Part shown: piece after piece, positions 48,223 through 61,160 of the stretch
Layout of the letters: each line of letters opens with the position of its first letter
How positions within the stretch are numbered: the first letter of the stretch is position 1
NCBI GenBank assembly: GCA_963665435.2
Contig: CAXXNH010000064.1
Location: forward strand, 24,699-88,698
Direction: 5' to 3'
DNA from: an uncultured Pleomorphomonas sp.
Lineage (GTDB): Bacteria; Pseudomonadota; Alphaproteobacteria; Rhizobiales; Pleomorphomonadaceae
DNA: 64,000 bases
Translations under genes and position numbers: made by a program
Notes under the pieces: generated by a model
The model's database searches: none
What the model was told of the DNA's origin: nothing
What the model saw: only the letters and a program-made list of their open reading frames with translations

Positions 48223-50313
48223 TCAAGCGGCCCGGATCGAGCCGAGGAAGGTCGCCAGTTCGTGCCGGAGCCGCTCGGCATTCTTGCTGAGCTCGGAGGC
48301 CGAAGCCAGTACCTGCGTCGCGGCGCTGCTCGATTCGCTGGCCGCCATGGTGACGGACGTGATGGACTGCGACACCGTGCCCGTGCCGATCGAGGCTTCC
48401 TGGACGTTGCGGGCGATCTCCACCGTGGCGGCGTTCTGCCCGTCCACGGCGCCGGTGATCGACTTGGAGATCTCGTTCATCGTCTCGATGGTAGAACCAA
48501 TGCCGTGAATGGCCGTCGCCGCCTCGGTCGTCGCCGATTGGATGGCGCCGATCTGCGCACCGATCTCGGCCGTCGCCTTGGCGGTCTGGTCGGCCAGCTG
48601 CTTGACCTCGGCCGCGACCACGGCGAAACCCTTGCCGGCCTCGCCGGCCCGCGCCGCCTCGATGGTCGCGTTGAGCGCCAGAAGGTTGGTCTGACCGGCG
48701 ATATTGCTGATCAGCTCGACCACTGCGCCGATCTTCTCGGCCGCCGCCGCCAGCCCCTTGACCATGTCGTTGGTGTGCTCGGCCTCGTTCACCGCCTTCG
48801 AGGCGATGTCCGACGATTTTTCCACTTGCCGGGCGATCTCCGACACCGACGACGACAGCTCCTCGGTCGCCGACGCCACCGAGGCGACGTTGGCCGATGC
48901 CTGCTCGGCGGCGGCAGCCACCGAGGCCGACTGGTCCTGCGTGGAGTCGGCCAGCGCCGTCAGCGACTTCGCCGACATCTGCAACTCCGTGGACGCGGAG
49001 GCGACCATGTCGACGATATCGCCGACCGCCTCGTCGAAGCGCAGCGCCAGCGCGTTCATGTCGGCGGCGCGGCGCTCCTGTTCGTGACGTTCCTGGTCGG
49101 CCCGTTCGGCGCGCAGCCGCTCGGTCTCCTGCATGCTGTCGCGGAACACCGCCATGGTCCTGCCGAGCGCACCGATCTCGTCGTTGCGTTCGGTATAAGG
49201 CGCCTCGATCGAGAATTCGCCCCTCGACAGCGCCATCATGCGATCGCCGATGACGCCGAGCGGATGAATGATGCGCCGCTGCACCAGGACGGCGACGCCG
49301 ATGGCCAACGCCAGCGCGCCGACGAACAGGCCGAGGTTCATCCAGAGCGACAGGGTCGCCTTGATGTTGGTCTCGACAGCCTTGGTTTCGGCAATGGCGA
49401 GCGCAACGTTGGCGACATTGAGCAATGACGTCAGCCGCGGCGCGTTATAGGTGCTCCAGCCCAACGTATCGGTATCGGCCTTCTTGCCGGCGATGACCGT
49501 TTCGATGAGCTTGGTTTGCCTCTCGATGGCGCCCGAGCTGAAATAGTCGCGATCGGCGGCGGCAACCGCCTCGGCGAAAGTGGCCGGCAGGTCGACGCCT
49601 GAGGACATGTCCTTGATGGACTGCCACGCCACCTGGGCGGAAGCCATGTGGGTGAAGTATGTCTCGAGCGCGTTTTCGGGAACGCCGATCGGCCCGAGAG
49701 CGTTGGCGGTCAGGCCGGACGCCTCACCGGCCGCGTTGCGCATCACCCAGGCTAGCGCCTTGATGTCGAGCAGCCGGTCGATCAGCCCGTCGGCCAACCG
49801 AACCTCCTCGGCGATCCGCGACGAGGTCGCCGACAGCTGGTCGATCATCTCCGTGGCGGCCTTGGTGTAATCATCGGCAAGCGAAGCCTGACGGCTGGCC
49901 TTGTCCTGCCTGAAGGCGTCCTCGGTCTTGGCCTGAAGCGCCTTGAGCGCATCGACGGCACCGCGAAGCGACCTGGCGAGCTGCGCCCCGTCGGACAGGT
50001 CGGAGCCTTCGAGCGTGGCGATCGCCGCCTCGATGGCCGGCATCTCGGCGCCCCGCGCGTCGCTGAGCTGCTTGACGAAACCATCCAGCGCGCCCTCGGC
50101 CTTGATGGCCCGGACGGTGCTGCTGCGGTCGATCCTGAGGTTCGGCAAAGCCTGGAACATCTGCGTCGTGGCGCGAGAAACCGTTTCGATGCGGGCCGCC
50201 GTCCGGGCGCTCTGCCAAGACGTCCAGGCGCCGATCCCCAACTGGACCAGAATGCCGGCGACGAGGCCGGCGATGATTATTCTCAGTGTGAGGCTTACGG
50301 TCAGGCGGTTCAT
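48223..50313 (-). CDS. Methyl-accepting chemotaxis protein (TM-periplasmic-TM-HAMP-MA)
   Basis: [30 protein letters not shown]; DEIGALG HAMP. Confidence 0.95.
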   Translation of the reverse strand: MNRLTVSLTLRIIIAGLVAGILVQLGIGAWTSWQSARTAARIETVSRATTQMFQALPNLRIDRSSTVRAIKAEGALDGFVKQLSDARGAEMPAIEAAIATLEGSDLSDGAQLARSLRGAVDALKALQAKTEDAFRQDKASRQASLADDYTKAATEMIDQLSATSSRIAEEVRLADGLIDRLLDIKALAWVMRNAAGEASGLTANALGPIGVPENALETYFTHMASAQVAWQSIKDMSSGVDLPATFAEAVAAADRDYFSSGAIERQTKLIETVIAGKKADTDTLGWSTYNAPRLTSLLNVANVALAIAETKAVETNIKATLSLWMNLGLFVGALALAIGVAVLVQRRIIHPLGVIGDRMMALSRGEFSIEAPYTERNDEIGALGRTMAVFRDSMQETERLRAERADQERHEQERRAADMNALALRFDEAVGDIVDMVASASTELQMSAKSLTALADSTQDQSASVAAAAEQASANVASVASATEELSSSVSEIARQVEKSSDIASKAVNEAEHTNDMVKGLAAAAEKIGAVVELISNIAGQTNLLALNATIEAARAGEAGKGFAVVAAEVKQLADQTAKATAEIGAQIGAIQSATTEAATAIHGIGSTIETMNEISKSITGAVDGQNAATVEIARNVQEASIGTGTVSQSITSVTMAASESSSAATQVLASASELSKNAERLRHELATFLGSIRAA

Positions 50314-50471
50314 TTCGGCTCCTTGGCGAAGAGCGGTATTTTAGCAAAAGCTCGTAGAGGAGTTCTTAATCTGGCTAGACCAAGTACTATTGCGCAGTCT
50401 TTGACCAGCTAGCTCGCGCGAGGCTGGACGCAGGCTTTGCGGACGACAAAGCCGTCCGGCTTCCGTCGAGA

Positions 50472-51296
50472 TCACGGCAGATAGAGAATGTTGGTCTCCG
50501 GTTCCTCAAATACGTCGGGCTCCCGCATCGTGACGAACTCCGTTTCGGCCACGCTGTAGAGGCTGTGCAGGACCTCATCCACATCCCGGGCGTAGAAGGG
50601 CTTCTTGAGGAAGAAGTCCACACCGATGTGGGACGCTGCGCGGCGGATCGCCTCGTCGTCCTTGCCGGACATCAGCACGACATGCGCATCGACCGACGAG
50701 TACAGGATTTCGCCGGCCGCCTCGAGGCCGTCGATGCCCGGCATTTCGACGTCGATGAAAGCGAGATCGAAACCGCCGATCCGAAACTGGCGGATCGCAT
50801 CGGCGCCATTGGCGGCTTCCTCGACGTCAAGTTTGAACCGGCTGTGCTTGATGATGCGCTTGACCACCGAGCGAACGGTCGCGCTGTCGTCGACGATCAG
50901 CACGCGACGCGACTGGACCATCTTGACGATGCGCAGCAGCATCATCGCCACCTTCGACTTGTCGAAAGGCTTGGGCAGCAACGCATAGGCGCCACGCGCC
51001 TTCAGCGCGTCCAGCGTAGCCTGCCGCATGTCGGTGGAAATGGAGACCACGATCGGGGGACGGCGCCCGCCGAGCACGGAGTCGAACTTCTTCAAGAGCT
51101 CGATGCCGTTGATGTTGGGCATGTTGAGGTCGAGGAACAGGACGTCGGGTACGCCGCGCAACAGGAACCGCCCGGCCTCGAGGACGCTTTCGACCTCGAA
51201 GACGTGGCAGTCCGGCACGATTTCCCGGATCTCGTTCCGCAATTGAGTGCGAACGATCGCGGAGTCGTCCACAATGAGCGCCCTGAGGTTCAGCAT
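50472..51296 (-). CDS. Tandem receiver (REC-REC) protein with no output domain
   Basis: IVDDS...FLDLNMP...KPF and IVDDS...FIDVEMP...KPF. Confidence 0.9.
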   Translation of the reverse strand: MLNLRALIVDDSAIVRTQLRNEIREIVPDCHVFEVESVLEAGRFLLRGVPDVLFLDLNMPNINGIELLKKFDSVLGGRRPPIVVSISTDMRQATLDALKARGAYALLPKPFDKSKVAMMLLRIVKMVQSRRVLIVDDSATVRSVVKRIIKHSRFKLDVEEAANGADAIRQFRIGGFDLAFIDVEMPGIDGLEAAGEILYSSVDAHVVLMSGKDDEAIRRAASHIGVDFFLKKPFYARDVDEVLHSLYSVAETEFVTMREPDVFEEPETNILYLP

Positions 51297-51343
51297 CGTC
51301 TTTTTCCCGGTCGAACCGACAAACCTTTCTCGCGCCTCGCCCG

Positions 51344-52456
51344 TCAGGCGGCCGACAGGACGGGCCTGTCGCCGCCGTCGCATTCGGCGGCCACCTTCTC
51401 GAACTCGCGCACCAGATCCGCGTCGAGCTTCGCGCCGGCCATCGACTGGAGGATCGAATAGGCCTCGTCGGCGGGCTTCGGCGGCTTGTAGGACCGTTTT
51501 TCGGTCAGCGCCGCGAAGATGTCGCAGATGGTTATGATGCGGGTGATGTCGTCGATCTCTCCGGCGCGGATACCCCTCGGGTAGCCGGAGCCATCGAGAT
51601 ACTCGTGATGATCTCGGGCGACGCGGGCGATCTCGCCGCCGGTCTGCGCGTCGCGGGAGAGGATGTCGTAGCCATGGACGGCATGCCGCTTCATGATCTC
51701 CCATTCGGTCGCGTCAAGCGCGCCCGGCTTGTCGAGGATCTCCAGCGGCGTCATCGCCTTGCCCACGTCGTGGAAAAAGGCGGCGTCGAACAGGCGACCG
51801 GTCTGCCGCTCGCCGACGCCAAGCGCCCGGGCGAAGGCGAGCGTGTATCCGGAGACGAGCGCGCAATGCTGGGCGGTGCCGTCGTGATAGTTCTGGATCA
51901 GGTCGATCCAAACCGACATCGGCGACTTGCCGATCAGCTCGGTCATCGCCCGGCGCTGGGACGCCGCCTCTTCGAGGGCCGGCGCCACCGGATTGGCCCG
52001 GAGGCGATCGAACAGGTCGACGACGGCCCCGGCGATGCCGTTCGACACCGACGCCCGCAAGGCCGCCGTCTTGGACGCCAGGTAGACCGCGTGCGGATCG
52101 ACCTGGGCTATCAGGCCGACGAGGCTTTTCACGCTCATGTCGGTGGTGATGTTGATGAAGGAAAAACCCGCCTGCTCGAAGGCGATGAAACGGCGCGGAT
52201 CCATGCCGCTGAGGAACAGAATCGTTCGCGACCTCATGGGCCCGACGAGATCGGCAAGGCGGGCGGGAACATGGTCGTCCGGTCGATACCTGCCGGCGAA
52301 GACCAGAATGTCCTGCCGTCCGGCCTTGGCGAGTTCGCGAGCCCCCGGGACTGTCCTATGCGCGTCGAACCCTTGCGACAGCAGCCCCGCGAGGCAAACG
52401 TCGACCTCCGCCTGGGGCTCGCCCATGAGCAGGATGCCAACACGAGATCGTCCCAT
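51344..52456 (-). CDS. HD-GYP cyclic-dinucleotide phosphodiesterase
   Basis: HDVGK, HHEYLDGSGYPRG, DIFAALTEKRSYK; start approximate. Confidence 0.9.
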   Translation of the reverse strand: MGRSRVGILLMGEPQAEVDVCLAGLLSQGFDAHRTVPGARELAKAGRQDILVFAGRYRPDDHVPARLADLVGPMRSRTILFLSGMDPRRFIAFEQAGFSFINITTDMSVKSLVGLIAQVDPHAVYLASKTAALRASVSNGIAGAVVDLFDRLRANPVAPALEEAASQRRAMTELIGKSPMSVWIDLIQNYHDGTAQHCALVSGYTLAFARALGVGERQTGRLFDAAFFHDVGKAMTPLEILDKPGALDATEWEIMKRHAVHGYDILSRDAQTGGEIARVARDHHEYLDGSGYPRGIRAGEIDDITRIITICDIFAALTEKRSYKPPKPADEAYSILQSMAGAKLDADLVREFEKVAAECDGGDRPVLSAA

Positions 52457-52895
52457 CTGACCGCTTCCCGGTAGTGTTTGCGTGGCGCATGGTTCGGCGG
52501 ACCCGGCCGTGCTCAAGACACAGCGGGGCGTCTCGCAGGCCGCAAAGGTTCAGGATCGTGTCCCGTGTCCGCGGCCTTCCGTTGAACAGGATGGCCCCGG
52601 AGGTTCCGGCGGCTCGACTGTTCCTGCCAGTCGGAGGCGCCGCCAAAGCGAACGCCAGCCAAGCCACGCCTGCCGAAACGAACTCCATTCGCCGGCAGGA
52701 CAATGCGGCTTTCCCACTTCGTCCGACTGCTTATATTCCCTGCGCATTGAGAAATTCTTACCGCTTTTCGCGGAAATCCGGGGGTTGGCGCCCCATCTCG
52801 CGAGAACGCAAAGGGCGCGTCCTCGCAGCAGAGCATGGCCTTCCCTCGCTCGCGCACCCTTGGCGCGCGGAGTGGAGCGCTCCGCCCCCTCGCCG

Positions 52896-53747
52896 TCAGC
52901 TGTCCTCGGCAAGCCGCAGCACGCGACCGCCAGCGCCCTCGTCAACGGCGAGAAGACGGGTCAGCTCCGGCAGGATGGCCTCGGTTTCGCCCGCCAGCGT
53001 GAAGGGCGGATTGGCGCAGAGCACGCCGGCGCCGGAGAGCGGCCCGTCGCCACCGGGCTCGCGCACCCATTGCTCGATGGCGACGAGGCGCGGATAGCCC
53101 ACCTCGGCCGCCCCTTTCAGGAAGGCGTCGACGGCGACGATGTCCTTGATCGGATACCAGATCAGCAGGCAGCCGGTGGCAAAGCGCTTGTGAGCGTCAT
53201 GAACGGCGCGCAACAGGCGATCGAACTCGCCGGGCTCCTCGAAGGGCGGATCGATCACCACGACGCCGCGCCGCTCGCGCGGCGGCAACTGGGCGCGGAC
53301 GGTGATGTAGCCATCCTCCGAACCGACGCGCACCCGCCGGTCGCCCGCGAAGAGCGCGGAGAGCGTCGCCGCGTCCTGCGGATGCAGCTCGTTGAAATGA
53401 TAGCGATCCTGCAGACGGCCGAGCGCCGTGGCGAGGGCTGGCGAGCCGGGATAGACAAGAAGATCGTCACCGCCGTTGACCGCGCGGAGCGCCGCCTGCC
53501 AGGGGGCGAGCCAATCGCCGAGCTCCGGCGACAGGCGGGCCGCCCGGATGCGGCCGACGCCCCCCTCCCATTCGCCCGTCCTGAGCGCCTCGTCGGCGGC
53601 GAGATCATAGAGGCCGATGCCGGCGTGGCTGTCGATGACGTGGTAGCCGGCATCCTTGCGGCCGAGATAGGCGAGGATGCGGGCGAGCACGGCGTGCTTC
53701 AGCACGTCGGCGAAGTTTCCGGCATGAAAGGCGTGGCGGTAGTTCAT
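52896..53747 (-). CDS. rlmJ: 23S rRNA m6A2030 methyltransferase
   Basis: MNYRHAFHAGNFADVLKH, YPGSP, IDPPFE, WYPIK. Confidence 0.96.
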   Translation of the reverse strand: MNYRHAFHAGNFADVLKHAVLARILAYLGRKDAGYHVIDSHAGIGLYDLAADEALRTGEWEGGVGRIRAARLSPELGDWLAPWQAALRAVNGGDDLLVYPGSPALATALGRLQDRYHFNELHPQDAATLSALFAGDRRVRVGSEDGYITVRAQLPPRERRGVVVIDPPFEEPGEFDRLLRAVHDAHKRFATGCLLIWYPIKDIVAVDAFLKGAAEVGYPRLVAIEQWVREPGGDGPLSGAGVLCANPPFTLAGETEAILPELTRLLAVDEGAGGRVLRLAEDS

Positions 53748-53961
53748 GGCGCGAGAGCTAGATCACATGCCGCCCCGCCGGCAAGGAAATTCGCCATGGC
53801 CGGCCAATGGTCCCACTGCCGCCGCATCTGCGCCCCAGATTCCGGACCGAGCGTCGAGTCGGACATGAACGCGCCATGAACGGCCAGTTCAGCGCAGGCT
53901 CAAGGCAAGGATGAGATAAGGTTGATCATTGAATGTCCGGTCGACTTGACCTGCTGAGGAG

Positions 53962-54019
53962 CCCCCGTCGGCCTGGCCGACAAAAGGAGTCCCCCGTCGG
54001 CCTGGCCGACAAAAGGAGT
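53962..54019 (+). repeat. Perfect 29-bp tandem duplication containing a palindrome and SD
   Basis: (CCCCCGTCGGCCTGGCCGACAAAAGGAGT)x2. Confidence 0.95.
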
Positions 54020-54025
54020 GAAGCC

Positions 54026-54496
54026 ATGTTGAAGCCCTTGCTGACGATTGCCGTGCTCACCGCCGCGACCATCGCGACGCCCTCGGTTGCCTCCGCCGCG
54101 TCCGCCCGCGTGACCGCCAACGTCAACCTCCGGGCCGGTCCGGGAACCCAGTATTACCCGATCCTCGTGATGCCGGCCGGCGCGCCGGTGAAGCTCTACG
54201 GCTGCCTGCAGGGCTACACCTGGTGCGACGTCTCCTACGGTCGCGAACGTGGCTGGGTGTCGTCGCGCTACCTCTCCACCTTCTACCGCGGCCCGGCCTA
54301 TCGCCCGCGCCCCAGCGCCTCGGTGCCGTTCCTGACCTTCAATTTTGGCTATTGGGACAATCACTATGCCCATCGTCCGTGGTATCAACATCGTCCGCGC
54401 CAGGAACGTCCCGCTCCCGACTGGCACCGTGACCGCGACCACCGCGACTGGGATCGCGATCGTCGCGACAGGGACCGCCGGGACTGGGTCCGCTGA
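54026..54496 (+). CDS. Exported bacterial SH3-domain protein with R/D/W-rich tail
   Basis: Signal peptide; VNLRAGPGTQY...GC....WCDV....RGWVS..YL. Confidence 0.9.
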   Translation: MLKPLLTIAVLTAATIATPSVASAASARVTANVNLRAGPGTQYYPILVMPAGAPVKLYGCLQGYTWCDVSYGRERGWVSSRYLSTFYRGPAYRPRPSASVPFLTFNFGYWDNHYAHRPWYQHRPRQERPAPDWHRDRDHRDWDRDRRDRDRRDWVR

Positions 54497-54554
54497 AGCC
54501 GGATGAGTGATCGTGGCTCGCAATGGGCCACGCCATGATCGAGGATGAGACACG

Positions 54555-55322
54555 ATGAGGATGCGACGTCTGGCCACGATGCTCTGCCTGGCCTGCCTGA
54601 TCTCCTCGACGACGGGCGCGCTGGCCGCGCCGGCCGAAGTGCTGGCCGCCGTCAATCTCCGCACCGGTCCGGGCGCGCAATACTATGCCATCATGGTGCT
54701 GCCGCCCGGCACTCCGGTCGAGATCTACGGCTGTCTCGACGATGAAAACTGGTGCGACGTCGGCTACGGCCGGACGCGAGGCTGGATCGCGTCGCGGTAT
54801 CTCGGCACCGTTCGCAACTGGTCGCCAGAACGACGCATCCTGCGGCCACCGGTTCTGACGCCACCGCCGATCTATCGCGAACCGCAGGTCTACACCAATC
54901 CGCCACCCGTCTACCGCGAGCCTGAATGGGCGCCACCGGATGTCTATCAGGGCGAGGTCTACATCGAGCCGCCGCCGGGCTACGTCTACCGGCCACCGGT
55001 GGTGGCTGCCCCGCCGATGCCGGACCTGCCCCAGCCGGACGTCGGCGTCTACCCGTCAAAGCCGCGCGCCCAGACCGCTGCGCCGGCAGACTCGCAGCCA
55101 CCGGTGGTTGCCAGCACCCCGCCGGCAACTCAACAACCTTCGACGCCCCCGGCCACCGTCACCCGACCGTCCACCACGCCGCAAACCGGCGCGACCGGCC
55201 AAACGTCCGCCAGTTCCGCCCAGCCGGCGGCGCCGGCCGATGCCAAGCCGAAATATGGCAGCGCCGTCGGCAAGCCCGGCGCGCCCTGCAAATGGGTGAA
55301 CGGCGTCTGCCGCAACGACTGA
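54555..55322 (+). CDS. Exported bacterial SH3-domain protein with Pro-rich linker and C-terminal Cys pair
   Basis: VNLRTGPGAQY...WCDVGYGRTRGWI; PCKWVNGVC. Confidence 0.88.
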   Translation: MRMRRLATMLCLACLISSTTGALAAPAEVLAAVNLRTGPGAQYYAIMVLPPGTPVEIYGCLDDENWCDVGYGRTRGWIASRYLGTVRNWSPERRILRPPVLTPPPIYREPQVYTNPPPVYREPEWAPPDVYQGEVYIEPPPGYVYRPPVVAAPPMPDLPQPDVGVYPSKPRAQTAAPADSQPPVVASTPPATQQPSTPPATVTRPSTTPQTGATGQTSASSAQPAAPADAKPKYGSAVGKPGAPCKWVNGVCRND

Positions 55323-55630
55323 CGGCCCGCGCCTTCAGTCGAAGGCGCGGCGGGCAAGGTGTATCGGACCATAGAGCTGCGTCGTCTTGCGCAGCCGCTT
55401 CGGCAGGAGCTGCGCGAGGCCCACTCTCGCATCTCGTCGATCTCTGCGACGGTCACCGCCGGAGGTCTCGCTCGGGATCAGCCCAGCAACCTGCTCGGGC
55501 ATCGCCTTCCACTTGCGAGGCGGAAAGAGATCGCAGACGAAGCGCCGGCACCTGTCGCCCTGCTGCCATGCTCTGACCGCAGTGGATGTGATAAGGTCTC
55601 CGTTCGCTCAGGATAACGACGAGTCCGCCC

Positions 55631-58339
<2,709 letters not shown>

Positions 58340-58369
58340 CCCCGCCAGGATCGCGGCGAGAGGACGAAG

Positions 58370-58759
58370 ATGGCGCAGGATGTTCCCGACGCAGACTTCT
58401 TTCGCATCCTCGAACAGAAGCTGCATCGCCCCGAGGTTCGGCGCTCGCCGGACGCCGTTCGTGCGCTCCTGGCCGACGATTTCATGGAGTTTGGCTGCTC
58501 CGGAACGGTTTACGACAAGGCGTCGATCATCGAAGCGCTCGCCGCCGAGCCGGCGACGGAAGCGGCGCTCGTCCCGGATGTGGATGAGTTCACCACTCGC
58601 CCCCTTTCCGAGACCACCGTCCTCGTAACCTACCGAAGCAGCCGCCGTGGGCCCGACGGCATAGGGGCGAGGATCACGCTGCGAAGCTCCATCTGGACGT
58701 TGATCGACGATCGCTGGCAGATGCTGTTTCACCAGGGAACGATCGTCCCACCCGGTTGA
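58370..58759 (+). CDS. DUF4440 / NTF2-like protein
   Basis: [17 protein letters not shown]...WQMLFHQGT. Confidence 0.88.
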   Translation: MAQDVPDADFFRILEQKLHRPEVRRSPDAVRALLADDFMEFGCSGTVYDKASIIEALAAEPATEAALVPDVDEFTTRPLSETTVLVTYRSSRRGPDGIGARITLRSSIWTLIDDRWQMLFHQGTIVPPG

Positions 58760-58817
58760 AGTTCGCCAATTCGGCGCACCGGATTACCTCCGCACCTGAA
58801 CAGTGCGGAAGATGATC

Positions 58818-58846
58818 TTGACCAGGTAATGAAAATTCCCTACCTT
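58818..58846 (+). promoter_or_regulatory. TA-operon promoter with overlapping inverted repeat
   Basis: TTGACC-N17-TACCTT; AGGTA-N12-TACCT. Confidence 0.65.
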
Positions 58847-58872
58847 GTCGAGCAAGGCAAAGGAGACGAGCC

Positions 58873-59202
58873 ATGAACGCGCCCGCCGTCATCGAGAAAA
58901 CCTGCGCGGTGACCAGGAAGGGACAAACAACCCTCCCGCTCGTCGTGCGACAACTCCTGGGAGTCGCCGAGGGCGGGCAAATCATCGTCCGCGCGGAAGG
59001 CCGTCGTATCACCATCGAGCAGGTGGAAGTCGAGCACAGCGATCCGGCCATAGAATCCTTCCTGCGCCTGATCGCCAACGATCTTGCCACGGAAGGCCAT
59101 GTCGGAACGCTGTCCGACGATCTGCTTGAAAGTCTGCAGTCCGCCCTCAAGGATGTCGAGGTCGATCTGAACGAGCCGATCGAAGGTGACGTGTGCCTTT
59201 GA
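58873..59202 (+). CDS. prlF: PrlF-family (AbrB-type) antitoxin
   Basis: VTRKGQTTLP..VRQLLG, DPAIESFL.LIANDL, VDLNEPI. Confidence 0.88.
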   Translation: MNAPAVIEKTCAVTRKGQTTLPLVVRQLLGVAEGGQIIVRAEGRRITIEQVEVEHSDPAIESFLRLIANDLATEGHVGTLSDDLLESLQSALKDVEVDLNEPIEGDVCL

Positions 59203-59681
59203 TCGTCAACGGCTGGACGCTGCTTTTCCATGACATGATGCTCGGCCAGATCAAGACGCTGGCCGATGCGGTCAAACGGGCGCGCGCCGCCGACCCCACA
59301 GGCTTTCGTTCCAACGCCAACGTCCGCGTGTTCGCGTCCATCGCCAAACTGGTGCTGCAGGTTATCCCTCTGGATCCTGGACATACGGATCACCGGATCG
59401 GCAACACCATGGGGCCAGACTACCGCCACTGGTCCAGGGCGAAGTTCGGACAACGCTTCAGGCTGTTCTTCCGTTACGACAGCGCCAGCCGCATCATTGT
59501 GTTCGCCTGGGTGAATAACGAGACCACCCTGAGAGCCAGGGGCAGCAGGTCGGATCCATATGCGGTGTTCAAGGCCATGCTCGAACGAGGGAACCCACCC
59601 GACACCTGGAAGGCGTTGCAAACGGCGGCCAGGGAGGTGCCGGACGAACTAAAGGACCTGCTTCAGGACGCAACTCCATAA
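59193..59681 (+). CDS. yhaV: YhaV-family RNase toxin
   Basis: VNGW, GNTMG..YRHW.RAKF.QRFRLFFRY, AWVN.E.TLR..GS..DPYAVF..ML..GNPP..W. Confidence 0.92.
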   Translation: MPLIVNGWTLLFHDMMLGQIKTLADAVKRARAADPTGFRSNANVRVFASIAKLVLQVIPLDPGHTDHRIGNTMGPDYRHWSRAKFGQRFRLFFRYDSASRIIVFAWVNNETTLRARGSRSDPYAVFKAMLERGNPPDTWKALQTAAREVPDELKDLLQDATP

Positions 59682-59718
59682 GACGCGCTCCGATCTCTCT
59701 TGGCCTTCCTCCCCTTGC

Positions 59719-60570
59719 CTACCTCCGTCGCATCCCCCTCTGCCCCAAGAGGATGCTGCCGAAGATCAGGGCGATGCCGAACCATTGCGCGAGCGACAGC
59801 GTCTCGTCCCTGAACGCCCAGCCGAGCGCCACCGCCGTCACCGGGCTCAGGAAGCCGAGTTGGGCCACGAGGTTGGGGTTGAGCCGGGCGATGCCCCGGA
59901 ACCACAGGACATAGGTGAGGCCGGCACCGATCAGGCCGAGATAGGCGATACCGATCAGGTTGTCGGTGGTGAAGGCGGCAAGCGCCGGCAGGTTCCAGAA
60001 CAGCGCCGGCAACAGCAGGATGCCGCCGGCCGTCAGCTGCCAGGCCGTGAAGGTCAGAAGCGGCACCGACGGCTGCCAGCGCCGCGTCAGCACCGTGCCC
60101 AACGCCATGGAAAGCGCACCCACCAGCCCTGCCACGATACCCATCGCATCGAGCGTGGCGCTCGGCTTGAGGATCAGGAGACCGACACCGAGCGCGCCGC
60201 CCACTGCCGCGGCGATCGATACCGACATGATCGGCGTGCCCACCAGGAAGCGCGCCAGGAACACGACGACCAGCGGCTGGATTGCCCCCACTGTGGCGGC
60301 GACGCCGCCCGGCAGTCGATAGGCGGCAATGAACAGCATCCACCAGAAGAAGGAGAAGTTGAGCGCCCCGAGCAGGAAGATGCGCGGCCACCAGACGCCG
60401 GACGGCAGTTGCCGGGTGGCCAGAAGCAGCAGCAGGCCGGCCGGCAAGGCCCGCAGGAGCGACACCAGCAGCGGATCGAGCCCCGGCAGGAAGGTGACCG
60501 TCACGATGTAGGTGCTGCCCCAGACGAGAGGTGCTAGGGCGGTGAGGATGACGTCGGACAGCCGGTGCAT
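59719..60570 (-). CDS. pecM: EamA/DMT transporter (PecM-like)
   Basis: LTALAPLVWGSTY, RALPAG, AAYRLPGGVAA, FTAWQL; divergent from PecS. Confidence 0.85.
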   Translation of the reverse strand: MHRLSDVILTALAPLVWGSTYIVTVTFLPGLDPLLVSLLRALPAGLLLLLATRQLPSGVWWPRIFLLGALNFSFFWWMLFIAAYRLPGGVAATVGAIQPLVVVFLARFLVGTPIMSVSIAAAVGGALGVGLLILKPSATLDAMGIVAGLVGALSMALGTVLTRRWQPSVPLLTFTAWQLTAGGILLLPALFWNLPALAAFTTDNLIGIAYLGLIGAGLTYVLWFRGIARLNPNLVAQLGFLSPVTAVALGWAFRDETLSLAQWFGIALIFGSILLGQRGMRRR

Positions 60571-60580
60571 GGGGCACTCC

Positions 60581-60626
60581 ATTTATCTCGACGTCAAGAT
60601 AAATGGATAAATCTTGACGTCAAGAT
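60581..60626. promoter_or_regulatory. Two palindromic PecS operators
   Basis: ATTTATCTCGACGTCAAGATAAAT (60581-60604) and ATCTTGACGTCAAGAT (60611-60626). Confidence 0.85.
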
Positions 60627-60649
60627 AATTCCGTGATGACACTTCCCCC

Positions 60650-61153
60650 ATGGATGGCGTCGACAAGATCATTGCCCAATGGAACCGCGAGCGATCCGAT
60701 CTTGACGTCGGACCGATGGCGCTGATCGGGCGGCTGGGCCGGCTGCGGGAGATGCTGTCCCGTCGGCAGGAAGAGGTATTCGCCCGCTTCGGCCTGAATA
60801 GTTCGGGCTTCGACGTGCTGGCGACGCTGCGGCGGTCCGGCCCGCCCCATAGCCTGTCACCGGGAGAGTTGATGGAGCAGATGATGATCAGCTCCGGCAC
60901 CATGACCAACCGCATCGATCAACTGGCCAAGATGGGCCTCGTCGAACGACGCCAGAACCCCGACGACCGGCGCGGCATGATCGTCTCGCTCACCGGCAAG
61001 GGTTTCGCCCTGATCGATGAAGCGGTGACGGCCCACGTCGAGAACCAGCACCGGCTGGTGTCGGTGCTGTCGGAGCCGGAACGGGCGATGCTCGACACTC
61101 TGCTGAAAAGCTATCTGGGGCGGCTCCAGCGGAGTTCCGACCAGCCGGACTGA
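60650..61153 (+). CDS. pecS: MarR-family regulator, PecS/UrtR type
   Basis: VDKIIAQW.RER.DLD, FDVLATLRRSG, SGTMTNRID, DRRG. Confidence 0.85.
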   Translation: MDGVDKIIAQWNRERSDLDVGPMALIGRLGRLREMLSRRQEEVFARFGLNSSGFDVLATLRRSGPPHSLSPGELMEQMMISSGTMTNRIDQLAKMGLVERRQNPDDRRGMIVSLTGKGFALIDEAVTAHVENQHRLVSVLSEPERAMLDTLLKSYLGRLQRSSDQPD

Positions 61154-61160
61154 CGGCCGA

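Noticed and set aside
52460-52890. c-di-GMP riboswitch upstream of HD-GYP
   Set aside because: GCAAA-containing words are present but the paired P1/P2 architecture could not be built
55570-55630. Alphaproteobacterial LexA box before uvrB
   Set aside because: Only one GTTC half-site; no GTTC-N7-GTTC
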